This document shows, piece by piece, positions 1 to 7,714 of a stretch of DNA of 39,686 bases. The stretch is taken from contig JAFRIL010000242.1 in the NCBI GenBank assembly GCA_017432845.1, positions 1-39,686 of the forward strand, given 5' to 3'. The notes beneath the pieces were generated by a model. That model was not told where the DNA came from and made no database searches. It worked only from the letters and a program-made list of their open reading frames with translations. Both the position numbers and the translations under genes were made by a program. The stretch comes from Lachnospiraceae bacterium. GTDB taxonomy: Bacteria > Bacillota > Clostridia > Lachnospirales > Lachnospiraceae. Numbering within the stretch: position 1 is the first letter of the stretch; every line of letters starts with the position of its first letter.

Positions 1-761
1 CTGAGAAGTGCATTGTTTTTTGGGATGACGTCCGTTAAGGCTCCGGCGATCAGCCGGGAAAAAGTCACTACGATCGCGGCATATGCAAATGCCGCAGAAA
101 TGTCTTTCAGAGAAATATCCGACCGTCCCCAGTAGGAAGCCGCCTGAGTATGTCCGCTTTGGCTGTCGACACCTTCCATGGCTTTATCAATATAAGGATG
201 GGGGTATCGTTTACGAAACCACGTACTTGATGCGATCCCAAGAAGGATCATTAAGTATACAGCCATATTCAGGTTGTCGGCGACCGTAGCTGAAGAGACC
301 AATGATCTGTCCACGTTAAAAGCATCCGCTATGGCCGTGAAATTGACACCACCGCCTATATAGGAGCCTGTCATCATGGCGGCGACTCCCGAAAGATCTT
401 CCACGACACCGGAAAGGAGCCTTGTTCCGATAAGTGCGCCGACGATTGTTCCGGCAGCACCTATCAGGAAGATGATCAGTATTTTTCCGGTTTCGCGCCA
501 GATCCTGAAAATATTAGCATTAAGAAGCAAAAGCGGGATCGCCAGGGGAACGGCGTAGCCCCATACAATGTCATCAAAAACAGGTGCGCTTGTGGGAATG
601 ATATTGACGTTCGTCAGGGTCACTGCGATCACCAACGTGATAACAGCTCCGGACAGTTTTGCAGCCCATTTATACTTCTGCTCAAGATATATGGCGAGAA
701 AGCTTGAGAAAAACATGATCGACAGAAGTGCCCAATTATTGTTCTCGGAAATCAAAGTCAT
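1..761 (-). CDS. DUF819-family polytopic membrane protein, N-terminal ~253 aa only (C-terminus lies beyond the left window edge)
   Basis: Absent from the supplied track because it has no stop inside the window. The reverse strand is open from ATG at 761-759 (preceded by AAGGAGATGATCAGA) down to position 1. It reads MTLISENNNWALLSIMFFSSFLAIYLEQKYKWAAKLSGAVITLVIAVTLTNVNIIPTSAPVFDDIVWGYAVPLAIPLLLLNANIF... with repeated hydrophobic spans. The family name is from memory of DUF819/YjcL-like sequences. Confidence 0.6.
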   Translation of the reverse strand, partial: MTLISENNNWALLSIMFFSSFLAIYLEQKYKWAAKLSGAVITLVIAVTLTNVNIIPTSAPVFDDIVWGYAVPLAIPLLLLNANIFRIWRETGKILIIFLIGAAGTIVGALIGTRLLSGVVEDLSGVAAMMTGSYIGGGVNFTAIADAFNVDRSLVSSATVADNLNMAVYLMILLGIASSTWFRKRYPHPYIDKAMEGVDSQSGHTQAASYWGRSDISLKDISAAFAYAAIVVTFSRLIAGALTDVIPKNNALL

Positions 762-794
762 TCTGATCATCTCCTTATGTTGCTGACCGCGGCA

Positions 795-1700
795 TCAGTC
801 AGAGAGCATTTTCCTGCGATACTCGCGTGCGGAACAGTTCATATACTGTCTGAAGATCTTACCGAAATAACTGTCTGATGCAAAACCGCATTCCTCCCCT
901 ATGGCAGAGATTGACTTGCTGCTCGTCTTAAGCTCCTCTGCAGCCATACGCACCCTGTACTGGTTGAGATAATCCATCGGAGTAAAACCTATCTGGCGCT
1001 TAAAGCATCTTGCGCATTCGCGCGGACTGATGCCGGCAGACGATGCGATCTCATCGAGATATATCTTATCCCGGAAATGATCATGAACATAATTCATCAT
1101 CTGCTTCATTCTCATGCTGTCGGTAGGATCCATACTTCCGGAAGCTTTTCGCACATCCTTTGTTTCTTCAAGAAGTAACAGCCACAGTTCGGACAAGGCG
1201 GAGCGGGACTTCATTTCATACCCGAATTCCTCCGTCTTAAAAAACGAAACCATCTCATCTATCAATGTCATCATCCTGAGCCCGGCCTTATTATGGGGCC
1301 TGATCGGAATGCAATCAAGATCCCGGCACATGGTTATGGGATTGACATATTTTTCCTCGAATATACTCCCGTACTGCCCTGTGATGATTGATCTGTCAAA
1401 AAAGAATGTATAGCATGTTTTGCTCTGAGGATCCTCTGTCCAGCTTACCGTATGGAGCATGCTTGTGTTGACAAAAGCGGCCTCTCCGCAGTTTAACTCG
1501 ATCGTCCGGTTAGGGGTCTGAAGGATCATGCCGTCCCGGAGCGGAATGGTCAGTTCAAAAAAATCATGCCAATGCCAGCCGGCAATCCCGCCTGTCATGT
1601 TGGAGAAGTCAGTATACTTGATAACAAAGGGAAAATCCCGGCTTGAAGGAATGGATTCCCTGTTATTCTCATCGGTTGAAAAGTTGTACTTTACGATCAT
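795..1700 (-). CDS. AraC-family transcriptional regulator (cupin-like sensor plus AraC double HTH)
   Basis: 301-aa ORF. The C-terminus has AraC-type HTH strings (LDEIASSAGISPRECARCFKRQIGFTPMDYLNQYRVRMAAEEL ... FASDSYFGKIFRQYMNCSAREYRR). The N-terminus is cupin-like (WHWHDFFEL ... NTSMLHTV). It lies 33 nt upstream of, and co-directional with, the DUF819 gene. Confidence 0.85.
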   Translation of the reverse strand: MIVKYNFSTDENNRESIPSSRDFPFVIKYTDFSNMTGGIAGWHWHDFFELTIPLRDGMILQTPNRTIELNCGEAAFVNTSMLHTVSWTEDPQSKTCYTFFFDRSIITGQYGSIFEEKYVNPITMCRDLDCIPIRPHNKAGLRMMTLIDEMVSFFKTEEFGYEMKSRSALSELWLLLLEETKDVRKASGSMDPTDSMRMKQMMNYVHDHFRDKIYLDEIASSAGISPRECARCFKRQIGFTPMDYLNQYRVRMAAEELKTSSKSISAIGEECGFASDSYFGKIFRQYMNCSAREYRRKMLSD

Positions 1701-1875
1701 ATCCTTATACTATTACCGAAAATATGCGATTATTGTCAAATATTCCCGTCCATATATTTATATTATCTGTCTTCATATGCTCTTATAAATTATGTGTTAT
1801 ACGATTATCATATAATCAGGAAGTGAAAAATACAAGTATTAAGACAATACAGTTTGATAAAAAGGAGGGATCGAT

Positions 1876-2115
1876 ATGTTAAATTATTCGGTAAAGCTTG
1901 ATTCGGTAAAAGACCTGATAGAACTCAAAAAGATAGCAGACAGATACGGCATCAGCGGGAAGATCAACCAGAACGGATTTCACGGAGACATGAGATCGGT
2001 ATTAACAAACATATTTTATCTTCCCCTGGATGAGGCGAACGTTGAGATCGACGACGGCTACATGGAATCCCAGGTCTCCTATATTACAGAAGCCATGGGA
2101 AAGCTCTCGGCTTAA
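1876..2115 (+). CDS. Small HPr-fold-like protein lacking the His15 phosphorylation site (79 aa)
   Basis: Strong RBS (AAAGGAGGGATCGAT-ATG) and a rho-independent terminator downstream. The pattern YSVKLDSVKDLIELKKIADRY...NGFHGDMRSVLTNIFYLPLDEANVEI resembles clostridial HPr-family paralogs (..GRYxVDAKSILGIFSLDLSKPxxV) in spacing. No His is present at the HPr His15 position. Assigned by eye only. Confidence 0.45.
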   Translation: MLNYSVKLDSVKDLIELKKIADRYGISGKINQNGFHGDMRSVLTNIFYLPLDEANVEIDDGYMESQVSYITEAMGKLSA

Positions 2116-2144
2116 CCCTTTTTAAAATTTAATAACCGGATGGT

Positions 2145-2176
2145 AAAAGGAGCGGCTTCATCCCCGCTCCTTTTAT
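2145..2176 (+). terminator. Rho-independent terminator (A-tract/T-tract flanked, possibly bidirectional)
   Basis: AAAAGGAGCGG-cttcatcc-CCGCTCCTTTTAT: a 7-bp GC-rich stem, 8-nt loop and T-run, located 30 nt after the stop of the 79-aa ORF. Confidence 0.65.
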
Positions 2177-2228
2177 CGTTGTGATAAAATATATAATGAA
2201 AAGCGATCATTAAAGGGAGGAAGCGCTC

Positions 2229-2993
2229 ATGGCACTTATACAGGTTAATTATCTATCGAAGGCGTTGTACAGGGAAGTACCGCTTAATGTGATCCTGCCG
2301 GTGGACAGGTTTGATTCGGATTCAAACATTTACCTTAACAGGGATGAGAGAAAGTATAAGACGCTGTATCTTCTGCACGGACTGCTGGGCAATTATACTG
2401 ACTGGGTGAGCAGGACAAGGATACAGGAGTGGGCCGAAGAGAAGGATCTTGCGGTAGTGATGCCGTCGGGAGACAATTCATTCTATTTCAGGTCAAGAAC
2501 ACCCTGGAATGATTACGGGGAATTTATCGGAGACGAACTTGTAAGGATCACAAGAAGTATGTTTCCTCTTTCGGATAAGAGGGAGGATACTTTTATCGCA
2601 GGCCTTTCCATGGGAGGATACGGTGCCATCAGAAACGGCATCGTTCATTCGGAAACGTTCGGGAATATAGCAGGGTTTTCTTCCGCGATCCATTTATTTG
2701 AAGATACTTCCGAGGAAGCAAACATCGGATTGTTTGACAATATCGAGGAAGCGTCAAAAACAGACCTTAACCCGAAGGTTGCACTTGAAGATATGCTCCG
2801 CGAAAAGAGAACAGCTCCGAAATTTTATCTGTCATGCGGGCGTCAGGATGATTTTCTGAAGGTCAATGAGGATTTCAGGGATCTTCTTCTGGAAAAAGGA
2901 ATGGATGTGACATGGGATGAGGAAGACTTCGGTCATGAATGGGACTTCTGGAACAGCCAGATAAGGAAGGTCCTTGACTGGCTGCCCCTGTGA
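2229..2993 (+). CDS. Alpha/beta-hydrolase esterase (esterase D / 'putative esterase' family)
   Basis: RBS AGGGAGGAAGCGCTC-ATG. Nucleophile elbow GLSMGGYGA (GxSxG), an LLHGLLGNYTDW oxyanion region, and a C-terminal FGHEWDFW catalytic His region. Confidence 0.8.
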   Translation: MALIQVNYLSKALYREVPLNVILPVDRFDSDSNIYLNRDERKYKTLYLLHGLLGNYTDWVSRTRIQEWAEEKDLAVVMPSGDNSFYFRSRTPWNDYGEFIGDELVRITRSMFPLSDKREDTFIAGLSMGGYGAIRNGIVHSETFGNIAGFSSAIHLFEDTSEEANIGLFDNIEEASKTDLNPKVALEDMLREKRTAPKFYLSCGRQDDFLKVNEDFRDLLLEKGMDVTWDEEDFGHEWDFWNSQIRKVLDWLPL

Positions 2994-3001
2994 TCCCGGC
3001 A

Positions 3002-3619
3002 TTATCTGATGAAATTTGTCCACAAGTGCTCTTCCGTTTGAGGAAGTCCGTACTTTTCTTTTCCGAGAGCAATGCTCTTCATAAGAAATGACATGTTCCT
3101 TGCAAGGGTGCGCATCGTCTGCAGACCTTCGGAATCTTCCGCCGCCTGTCCGGGAGCACCGCCGTGAACGCTGTTCCAGTACTGGCTGGAAGCTACCGGC
3201 ATACCGCTTATCGTAAAATATTTGTTAAGCTCATCATATGTTGCCGAGCATCCTCCGCGGCGGGCTACCACAACACTTGCACCGACCTTCATGGTCTTGT
3301 CAAAATGCGTGCTGTAGAACAGCCTGTCAAGGCATGCCACCAATGTGGCGTTTGCCGATGCGTAGTATACGGGAGAAGCAACAACAAGGCCGTCGGCATC
3401 TTCAAACTTCGGTGCGATCGCATTTACCTCATCATCAAACACGCATTTTCCGGTCTTTGAGCAGCCCCCGCACGCTACACATCCGCGGATCGTTTTGTTT
3501 CCGATCTGTATGACCTTGGTTTCCACTCCTTCCGAACCAAACACCTTCACCATTTCGTTGATGGCACATGCCGTATTTCCTTCGGGCTTGGGACTTCCGT
3601 TAAGTATCAGGACTTTCAT
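3002..3619 (-). CDS. Iron-sulfur flavoprotein (Isf) / NADPH-dependent FMN reductase-like flavodoxin-fold protein
   Basis: The N-terminus MKVLILNGSPKPEGNT is typical of FMN-reductase-fold proteins. The compact motif CVACGGCSKTGKC (CX2CX2CX5C) matches the Isf 4Fe-4S motif. RBS AAAGGAGAAGCGAT-ATG. Confidence 0.75.
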   Translation of the reverse strand: MKVLILNGSPKPEGNTACAINEMVKVFGSEGVETKVIQIGNKTIRGCVACGGCSKTGKCVFDDEVNAIAPKFEDADGLVVASPVYYASANATLVACLDRLFYSTHFDKTMKVGASVVVARRGGCSATYDELNKYFTISGMPVASSQYWNSVHGGAPGQAAEDSEGLQTMRTLARNMSFLMKSIALGKEKYGLPQTEEHLWTNFIR

Positions 3620-3688
3620 ATCGCTTCTCCTTTCAGGGGATCGTTTCTGTTTATTATAATAACATATTTGACGTATTCACGGCATTAA

Positions 3689-3717
3689 TTGTCACACAAA
3701 TAGCGATAAGGTATAAT
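3689..3717 (+). promoter_or_regulatory. Sigma-A-type promoter candidate for the dipeptidase operon
   Basis: TTGTCA (3689-3694), 17-nt spacer, TATAAT (3712-3717). Confidence 0.4.
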
Positions 3718-3732
3718 AAATTATCAGGCGTA

Positions 3733-4413
3733 ATGCATGTCAGGGGTAATAAGGAAATGACACAGATTACAAAAAACGAGACAACTGACCCGGCGGGATT
3801 CGTGATACTTGCGGACCATGTTCCGGGCATTATCCAGGAGATAAGATATCACTCCACATATAATTTCATCGGTGAGAGGATCGACGGATACGAAGATCCT
3901 GTCGCACTTCTTACGGTTGAAGCCGCACGTGCGCTGCACAGCGCTGCGGCTGAACTGTTCGTTATGGGATACAGGCTGAAAGTGTTTGATGCATACCGCC
4001 CAGCATGTGCCGTAAAGCACTTTGTGCTGTGGGGGATAGAGGATACGGACATCAGGATGAAACCGTATTTTTATCCGAATCTGGAGAAACAGGAACTGTT
4101 TGCTAAAGGATATATCGCCAAACAGTCAAGCCACAGCAGAGGGAGTACGATCGACCTGACACTTTTTGATATGAAGTGCGGAAGAGAGCTTGACATGGGA
4201 AGCCCGTTCGATCTGTTTGATGAGAGATCACATCCGGACTCAAGAGATATAACCGATGAACAGTTTGAGAACCGTATGACATTGCAGAACGTTATGAAGA
4301 GGAACGGATTTTGCCCGATCGACTGTGAGTGGTGGCATTTTACACTTGAAAATGAGCCGTATCCCGATACTTATTATGAATTCCCGGTTTCTTTATCTTA
4401 CCTGAAAAAATAG
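3733..4413 (+). CDS. VanX/DdpX-type D-alanyl-D-alanine dipeptidase (peptidase M15D)
   Basis: YRP, SSHSRGSTIDLTL (SxHxxGxAxD-type zinc site) and CEWWHFTL motifs appear in VanX order. The start is uncertain: ATG 3733 is the longest option, and ATG 3757 (MTQITK...) fits DdpX length better. Confidence 0.8.
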   Translation: MHVRGNKEMTQITKNETTDPAGFVILADHVPGIIQEIRYHSTYNFIGERIDGYEDPVALLTVEAARALHSAAAELFVMGYRLKVFDAYRPACAVKHFVLWGIEDTDIRMKPYFYPNLEKQELFAKGYIAKQSSHSRGSTIDLTLFDMKCGRELDMGSPFDLFDERSHPDSRDITDEQFENRMTLQNVMKRNGFCPIDCEWWHFTLENEPYPDTYYEFPVSLSYLKK

Positions 4414-4424
4414 GAACAGCTTTC

Positions 4425-5000
4425 ATGGAGATTGAGTATACGCTTATACGCTCGAGGCGGAAAACGATATCGGTTGAAATTGCTGAAGATGCAAAGGTGA
4501 TAGTGCGCGCACCCAAATGGATGCCCAAAAGAGATATCAAAGAGTATGTGGACGATAATTCCGAATGGATAGAAGAGCATCTTGGCAAGGCACAAAGCAG
4601 GAACAAAAAGGCCGATAACCGCGGCCGTATAACTGATAATGAACTTGACGGCCTGTCGATCCTGGCGATGTCCGAAATTCCTGAAAAGGTCAGGTACTAT
4701 GCGGACATCCTGCAAGTTACTTACGGACGTATCACGATAAGAAACCAGAAGAGCCTTTGGGCGAGCTGTACATCCAAGGGGAACTTAAGCTTTAACTGTC
4801 TTCTTATGAAGACGCCGGAACATATTAGGGACTATGTCATTGTCCATGAACTGTGTCACCGGATGGAAATGAACCATTCGAAAGCATTCTGGGAGCATGT
4901 TGAATCGGTTATCCCGGATTACAAAAAGTGCCGGCAATGGCTCAAAGAGGAAGGCACTATACTGCTTCAAAGCGCACACTATATTGAGGGAGAATACTAA
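4425..5000 (+). CDS. DUF45 / YgjP-like (M48/WLM-like) zinc metallohydrolase
   Basis: The N-terminus YTLIRSRRKTISVEI and the motif VIVHELCHRMEMNHSKAFW (HExxH plus a downstream His) are typical of the YgjP/DUF45 family. Confidence 0.75.
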   Translation: MEIEYTLIRSRRKTISVEIAEDAKVIVRAPKWMPKRDIKEYVDDNSEWIEEHLGKAQSRNKKADNRGRITDNELDGLSILAMSEIPEKVRYYADILQVTYGRITIRNQKSLWASCTSKGNLSFNCLLMKTPEHIRDYVIVHELCHRMEMNHSKAFWEHVESVIPDYKKCRQWLKEEGTILLQSAHYIEGEY

Positions 5001-5629
5001 TGGATATCAAAGTGATAATTGAGGCGATAGGTTATCTCGGATCCGCACTTGTACTCGTATCGATGCTGATGACATCGGTCGTAAGGCTTCGTATCATCAA
5101 CCTGATAGGAAGTGTGATATTTGCGGGCTATGCGCTTGCCATCAGATCATATCCGACTGCGATCATGAACATATGTCTTGCCGGGATAAACGTTTATCAC
5201 CTTGTCAGGATATTTAATGAGCAAAGAAGCTACAGCCTTGTTAAAACGGATCAGAACGATGGATATTTTTCATATCTGCTGGATAAATGTGATCAGGATA
5301 TACGCTCATTTTTCCCTGATTACAGCCTTGAAGGCGTGGCTGCGGACATGGCGTATCTGGTTCTGTGCGAATCCAATCCCGCATGTCTGTTCCTCGGGAA
5401 GGATAACAAAGACGGTGAAGTAGAGGTCATTCTTGATTATGCGCTTCCCGCATACAGGGATACGACCGTCGGACTGTTCCTGTACAGAAACCTTGCCAAA
5501 AACTACAAAGCGATAGCATTCAGGCAGAACGCCGACAATCATGTCCAGTACCTGGAGAAGATCGGATATGAGAATAAGGGTGATGAAGGATACGTGCTTA
5601 AACTGTCAAGACTTAAGGGAAGGAGCTAG
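5000..5629 (+). CDS. YgjV-like 3-TM membrane module fused to a soluble GNAT-like C-terminal domain
   Basis: The start overlaps the upstream stop (TAATG), with RBS GAGGGAGAA. There are three hydrophobic helices in residues 1-75. The C-terminal ~130 aa carry GNAT-like strings (YRDTTVGLFLYRNL; QYLEKIGYE resembling fYeklGF). Both assignments are tentative. Confidence 0.45.
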   Translation: MDIKVIIEAIGYLGSALVLVSMLMTSVVRLRIINLIGSVIFAGYALAIRSYPTAIMNICLAGINVYHLVRIFNEQRSYSLVKTDQNDGYFSYLLDKCDQDIRSFFPDYSLEGVAADMAYLVLCESNPACLFLGKDNKDGEVEVILDYALPAYRDTTVGLFLYRNLAKNYKAIAFRQNADNHVQYLEKIGYENKGDEGYVLKLSRLKGRS

Positions 5630-6946
5630 ATAAGTACGGTATCGCCACCATGCGGTCACACCGCTGAGCACCCATACAACACCTGCGGACACCCATATGC
5701 CCGTGGATCCCATCCCCATATATGATGTCATCAGGATTGGAAGAGTGAATCTTCCGATCACTTCAACGATCCCGTTAAACAGCGCGAAGAATCCGTCTCC
5801 GACGCCGAGCAGAACCCCTCTTACAACATATATCAGTCCGAGTGCCGGATAGAAGAGGCTTGTTATCCGAAGGCCGAAGCCGCCAAGCTCCACGACACGC
5901 GGGTCCGTAACGAACAGTCCTGTGATGGCACCGCCAAACAGCTGCATCGTAAGTATCATGACAGCAGTCATGACAAGCATTATGAGCAATCCCTTTACGT
6001 ATCCGCTGTACACCCTGTCATTTTTTCTGGCGCCGAAGTTCTGCCCGGTGAATGTGGAAAGCGATGCACCGAGTGTGGTATACGGCTGGTGGATGAGCTG
6101 CTCGATCCTGCTGGTCGCTGTAAACGCAGCGATCACAACGGTACCGTAAGCGTTCACGACACGCTGTACGGCCATGGCCGATATGGATATGAGAGCAAAC
6201 TGGAGAGACATCGGAACCCCGAGCCTTACCACCATCCAGCACATCCTTGCCTGTATGACAAAATCACGGCTCCGGAGTTTGAAATAAGGATTTGTCCAGC
6301 ATGCAAATAGAAAGCATCCGGCTGATGCGACAAACTGAGCGATTATCGTGGCAAGCGCAGCTCCCTTAATGCCCATCTTCAGATTATAGACGAACATGAT
6401 ATCAAGTCCCACATTAAGCAGAGTGGAAAAGATCAGAAAATACAGAGGTGTCCTGGAATCCCCGAGGGCCCGCAGCATTGAAGCCAGGTAATTGTACAAC
6501 GACACAAACAATAGACCGATGCACATATAGCGTATATACATTATCGCATCGGCTATGATGTCACCCGGTGTTGCCAGGATCCGAAGCAGCCAGGGCGAGA
6601 TCATGTATCCGATGATACCGAACATAACAGGGACTATCAGCATGATAAATCCCGTGTTTACGATACATTTCTTGACGCTGTCGTCATCGCCCGCCCCATA
6701 ATACTGGCTGACGATTATTCCGCCGCCTTTTCCGATGCCGTTGCAGAGCGCAAAGAACAAAAAGGTGACAGAGGCAGTTGCCCCGACGGACGCAAGGGCA
6801 TCCGGACCGACGAAGCGGCCGACTATCACCGAGTCAGCAAGGTTATATATCTGTTGAAAAATGTTTCCGATGAGGGCGGGAAGGGAGAACAGAAGAATGT
6901 GTTTTACCGGGTCCCCGACCGTCATATCGGTAATGTGGTCTTTCAT
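5606..6946 (-). CDS. MATE-family efflux transporter
   Basis: 446 aa with about 12 hydrophobic spans. The N-terminus PVKHILLFSLPALIGNIFQQIYNLADSVIVGRFVG is a typical MATE/NorM-type opening. Confidence 0.85.
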   Translation of the reverse strand: MKDHITDMTVGDPVKHILLFSLPALIGNIFQQIYNLADSVIVGRFVGPDALASVGATASVTFLFFALCNGIGKGGGIIVSQYYGAGDDDSVKKCIVNTGFIMLIVPVMFGIIGYMISPWLLRILATPGDIIADAIMYIRYMCIGLLFVSLYNYLASMLRALGDSRTPLYFLIFSTLLNVGLDIMFVYNLKMGIKGAALATIIAQFVASAGCFLFACWTNPYFKLRSRDFVIQARMCWMVVRLGVPMSLQFALISISAMAVQRVVNAYGTVVIAAFTATSRIEQLIHQPYTTLGASLSTFTGQNFGARKNDRVYSGYVKGLLIMLVMTAVMILTMQLFGGAITGLFVTDPRVVELGGFGLRITSLFYPALGLIYVVRGVLLGVGDGFFALFNGIVEVIGRFTLPILMTSYMGMGSTGIWVSAGVVWVLSGVTAWWRYRTYLAPSLKS

Positions 6947-7039
6947 GTCAAGGCCGTCCTTTAGGCTTGTAATTGAACAAATCTGATGATAACATAAAGC
7001 GGAAGAGTAATAAATGCCGATACAGGCAGCAAAGAGGTA

Positions 7040-7714
7040 ATGATGGAAGAGAAGAAGTACACAGGAATGCTCACTATACTTGGGATGATCTTTGTAGCAG
7101 CCCTTCTGGTCTCAAACATCATCGCCGGAAAAGTATGGGCCGTATATGATGACATCACGGTTCCCTCATCCGTCATTTTATTTCCCATAACATACATAAT
7201 TTCCGATATGATAACGGAAGTATACGGATTTCGCAAGTCAAAGCTCGTCATCTGGGCAGGGTTTGCATGCAATTTTATTGCAGTTCTTGCCTATGTGGTT
7301 ACGGTCGTTCTGCCGTATCCCAAATACTGGCTCGACCAGGATGCGTTTGCGGTCGTACTCGGCATGACACCGAGAGTTCTTGCGGCATCGTTTGCCGGAT
7401 ATCTTATCGGAGGATTTTCAAACTCCATAGTTATGTCCAAGATGAAGGTCAGAATGGGAGGAAAGAGGCTTTGCGAGAGACTGATAATATCCACTCTCAT
7501 CGGTGAGGCTCTCGATTCGATCATCTTTGATGTGATCTCATTTGCCGGACAGATCCCCACGCATCAGCTGTTCACGACGATCTTTTTCCAGTATATGCTC
7601 AAAGTGCTGTTTGAGATCGTGCTCATACCCGTAACCTACTGGGCTATCAAGACCCTTAAGAGGAAAGAGGGTATAGACGTGTACGACTATAACATCAGAT
7701 ACAATGTGTTCTGA
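7040..7714 (+). CDS. yhhQ: Queuosine-precursor transporter, YhhQ/DUF165 family
   Basis: 224-aa membrane protein with VPSSVILFPITYIISDMITEVYGFRKSK and GEALDSIIF, which are characteristic of YhhQ. RBS AAAGAGGTA. Confidence 0.8.
   Translation: MMEEKKYTGMLTILGMIFVAALLVSNIIAGKVWAVYDDITVPSSVILFPITYIISDMITEVYGFRKSKLVIWAGFACNFIAVLAYVVTVVLPYPKYWLDQDAFAVVLGMTPRVLAASFAGYLIGGFSNSIVMSKMKVRMGGKRLCERLIISTLIGEALDSIIFDVISFAGQIPTHQLFTTIFFQYMLKVLFEIVLIPVTYWAIKTLKRKEGIDVYDYNIRYNVF

Noticed and set aside
83-786. Three short plus-strand ORFs (83-289, 376-558, 568-786) from the supplied track
   Set aside because: They lie antisense to a continuous minus-strand reading frame (1-761) with an RBS and clear membrane-protein character. 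They lack RBSs and have odd composition, so I treat them as shadow ORFs.
1727-1808. Direct repeat TAT(G/A)CGATTAT at 1724-1733 and 1799-1808 as possible AraC binding sites
   Set aside because: Only about 11 of 16 positions match, in a very AT-rich spacer, and the 75-nt spacing is atypical. This cannot be distinguished from chance without comparative data.
2994-3001. Convergent gene junctions without terminator hairpins (2993/3002, 18545/18549, 34601/34620, and overlap 5606-5629)
   Set aside because: I could not find stable GC-rich stem-loops with T-runs at these junctions by eye. Absence of evidence from manual reading is weak, and terminators may lie within the coding 3' ends, so nothing is claimed.
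6947-7039. Possible preQ1 riboswitch upstream of yhhQ
   Set aside because: YhhQ genes are often preQ1-regulated, but the only hairpin here (TGCC-gataca-GGCA followed by GCAAAGAGG) has a 6-nt loop. It lacks the conserved loop C / A-rich tail / CUA pseudoknot arrangement of class I, and the leader is too short for class II or III.
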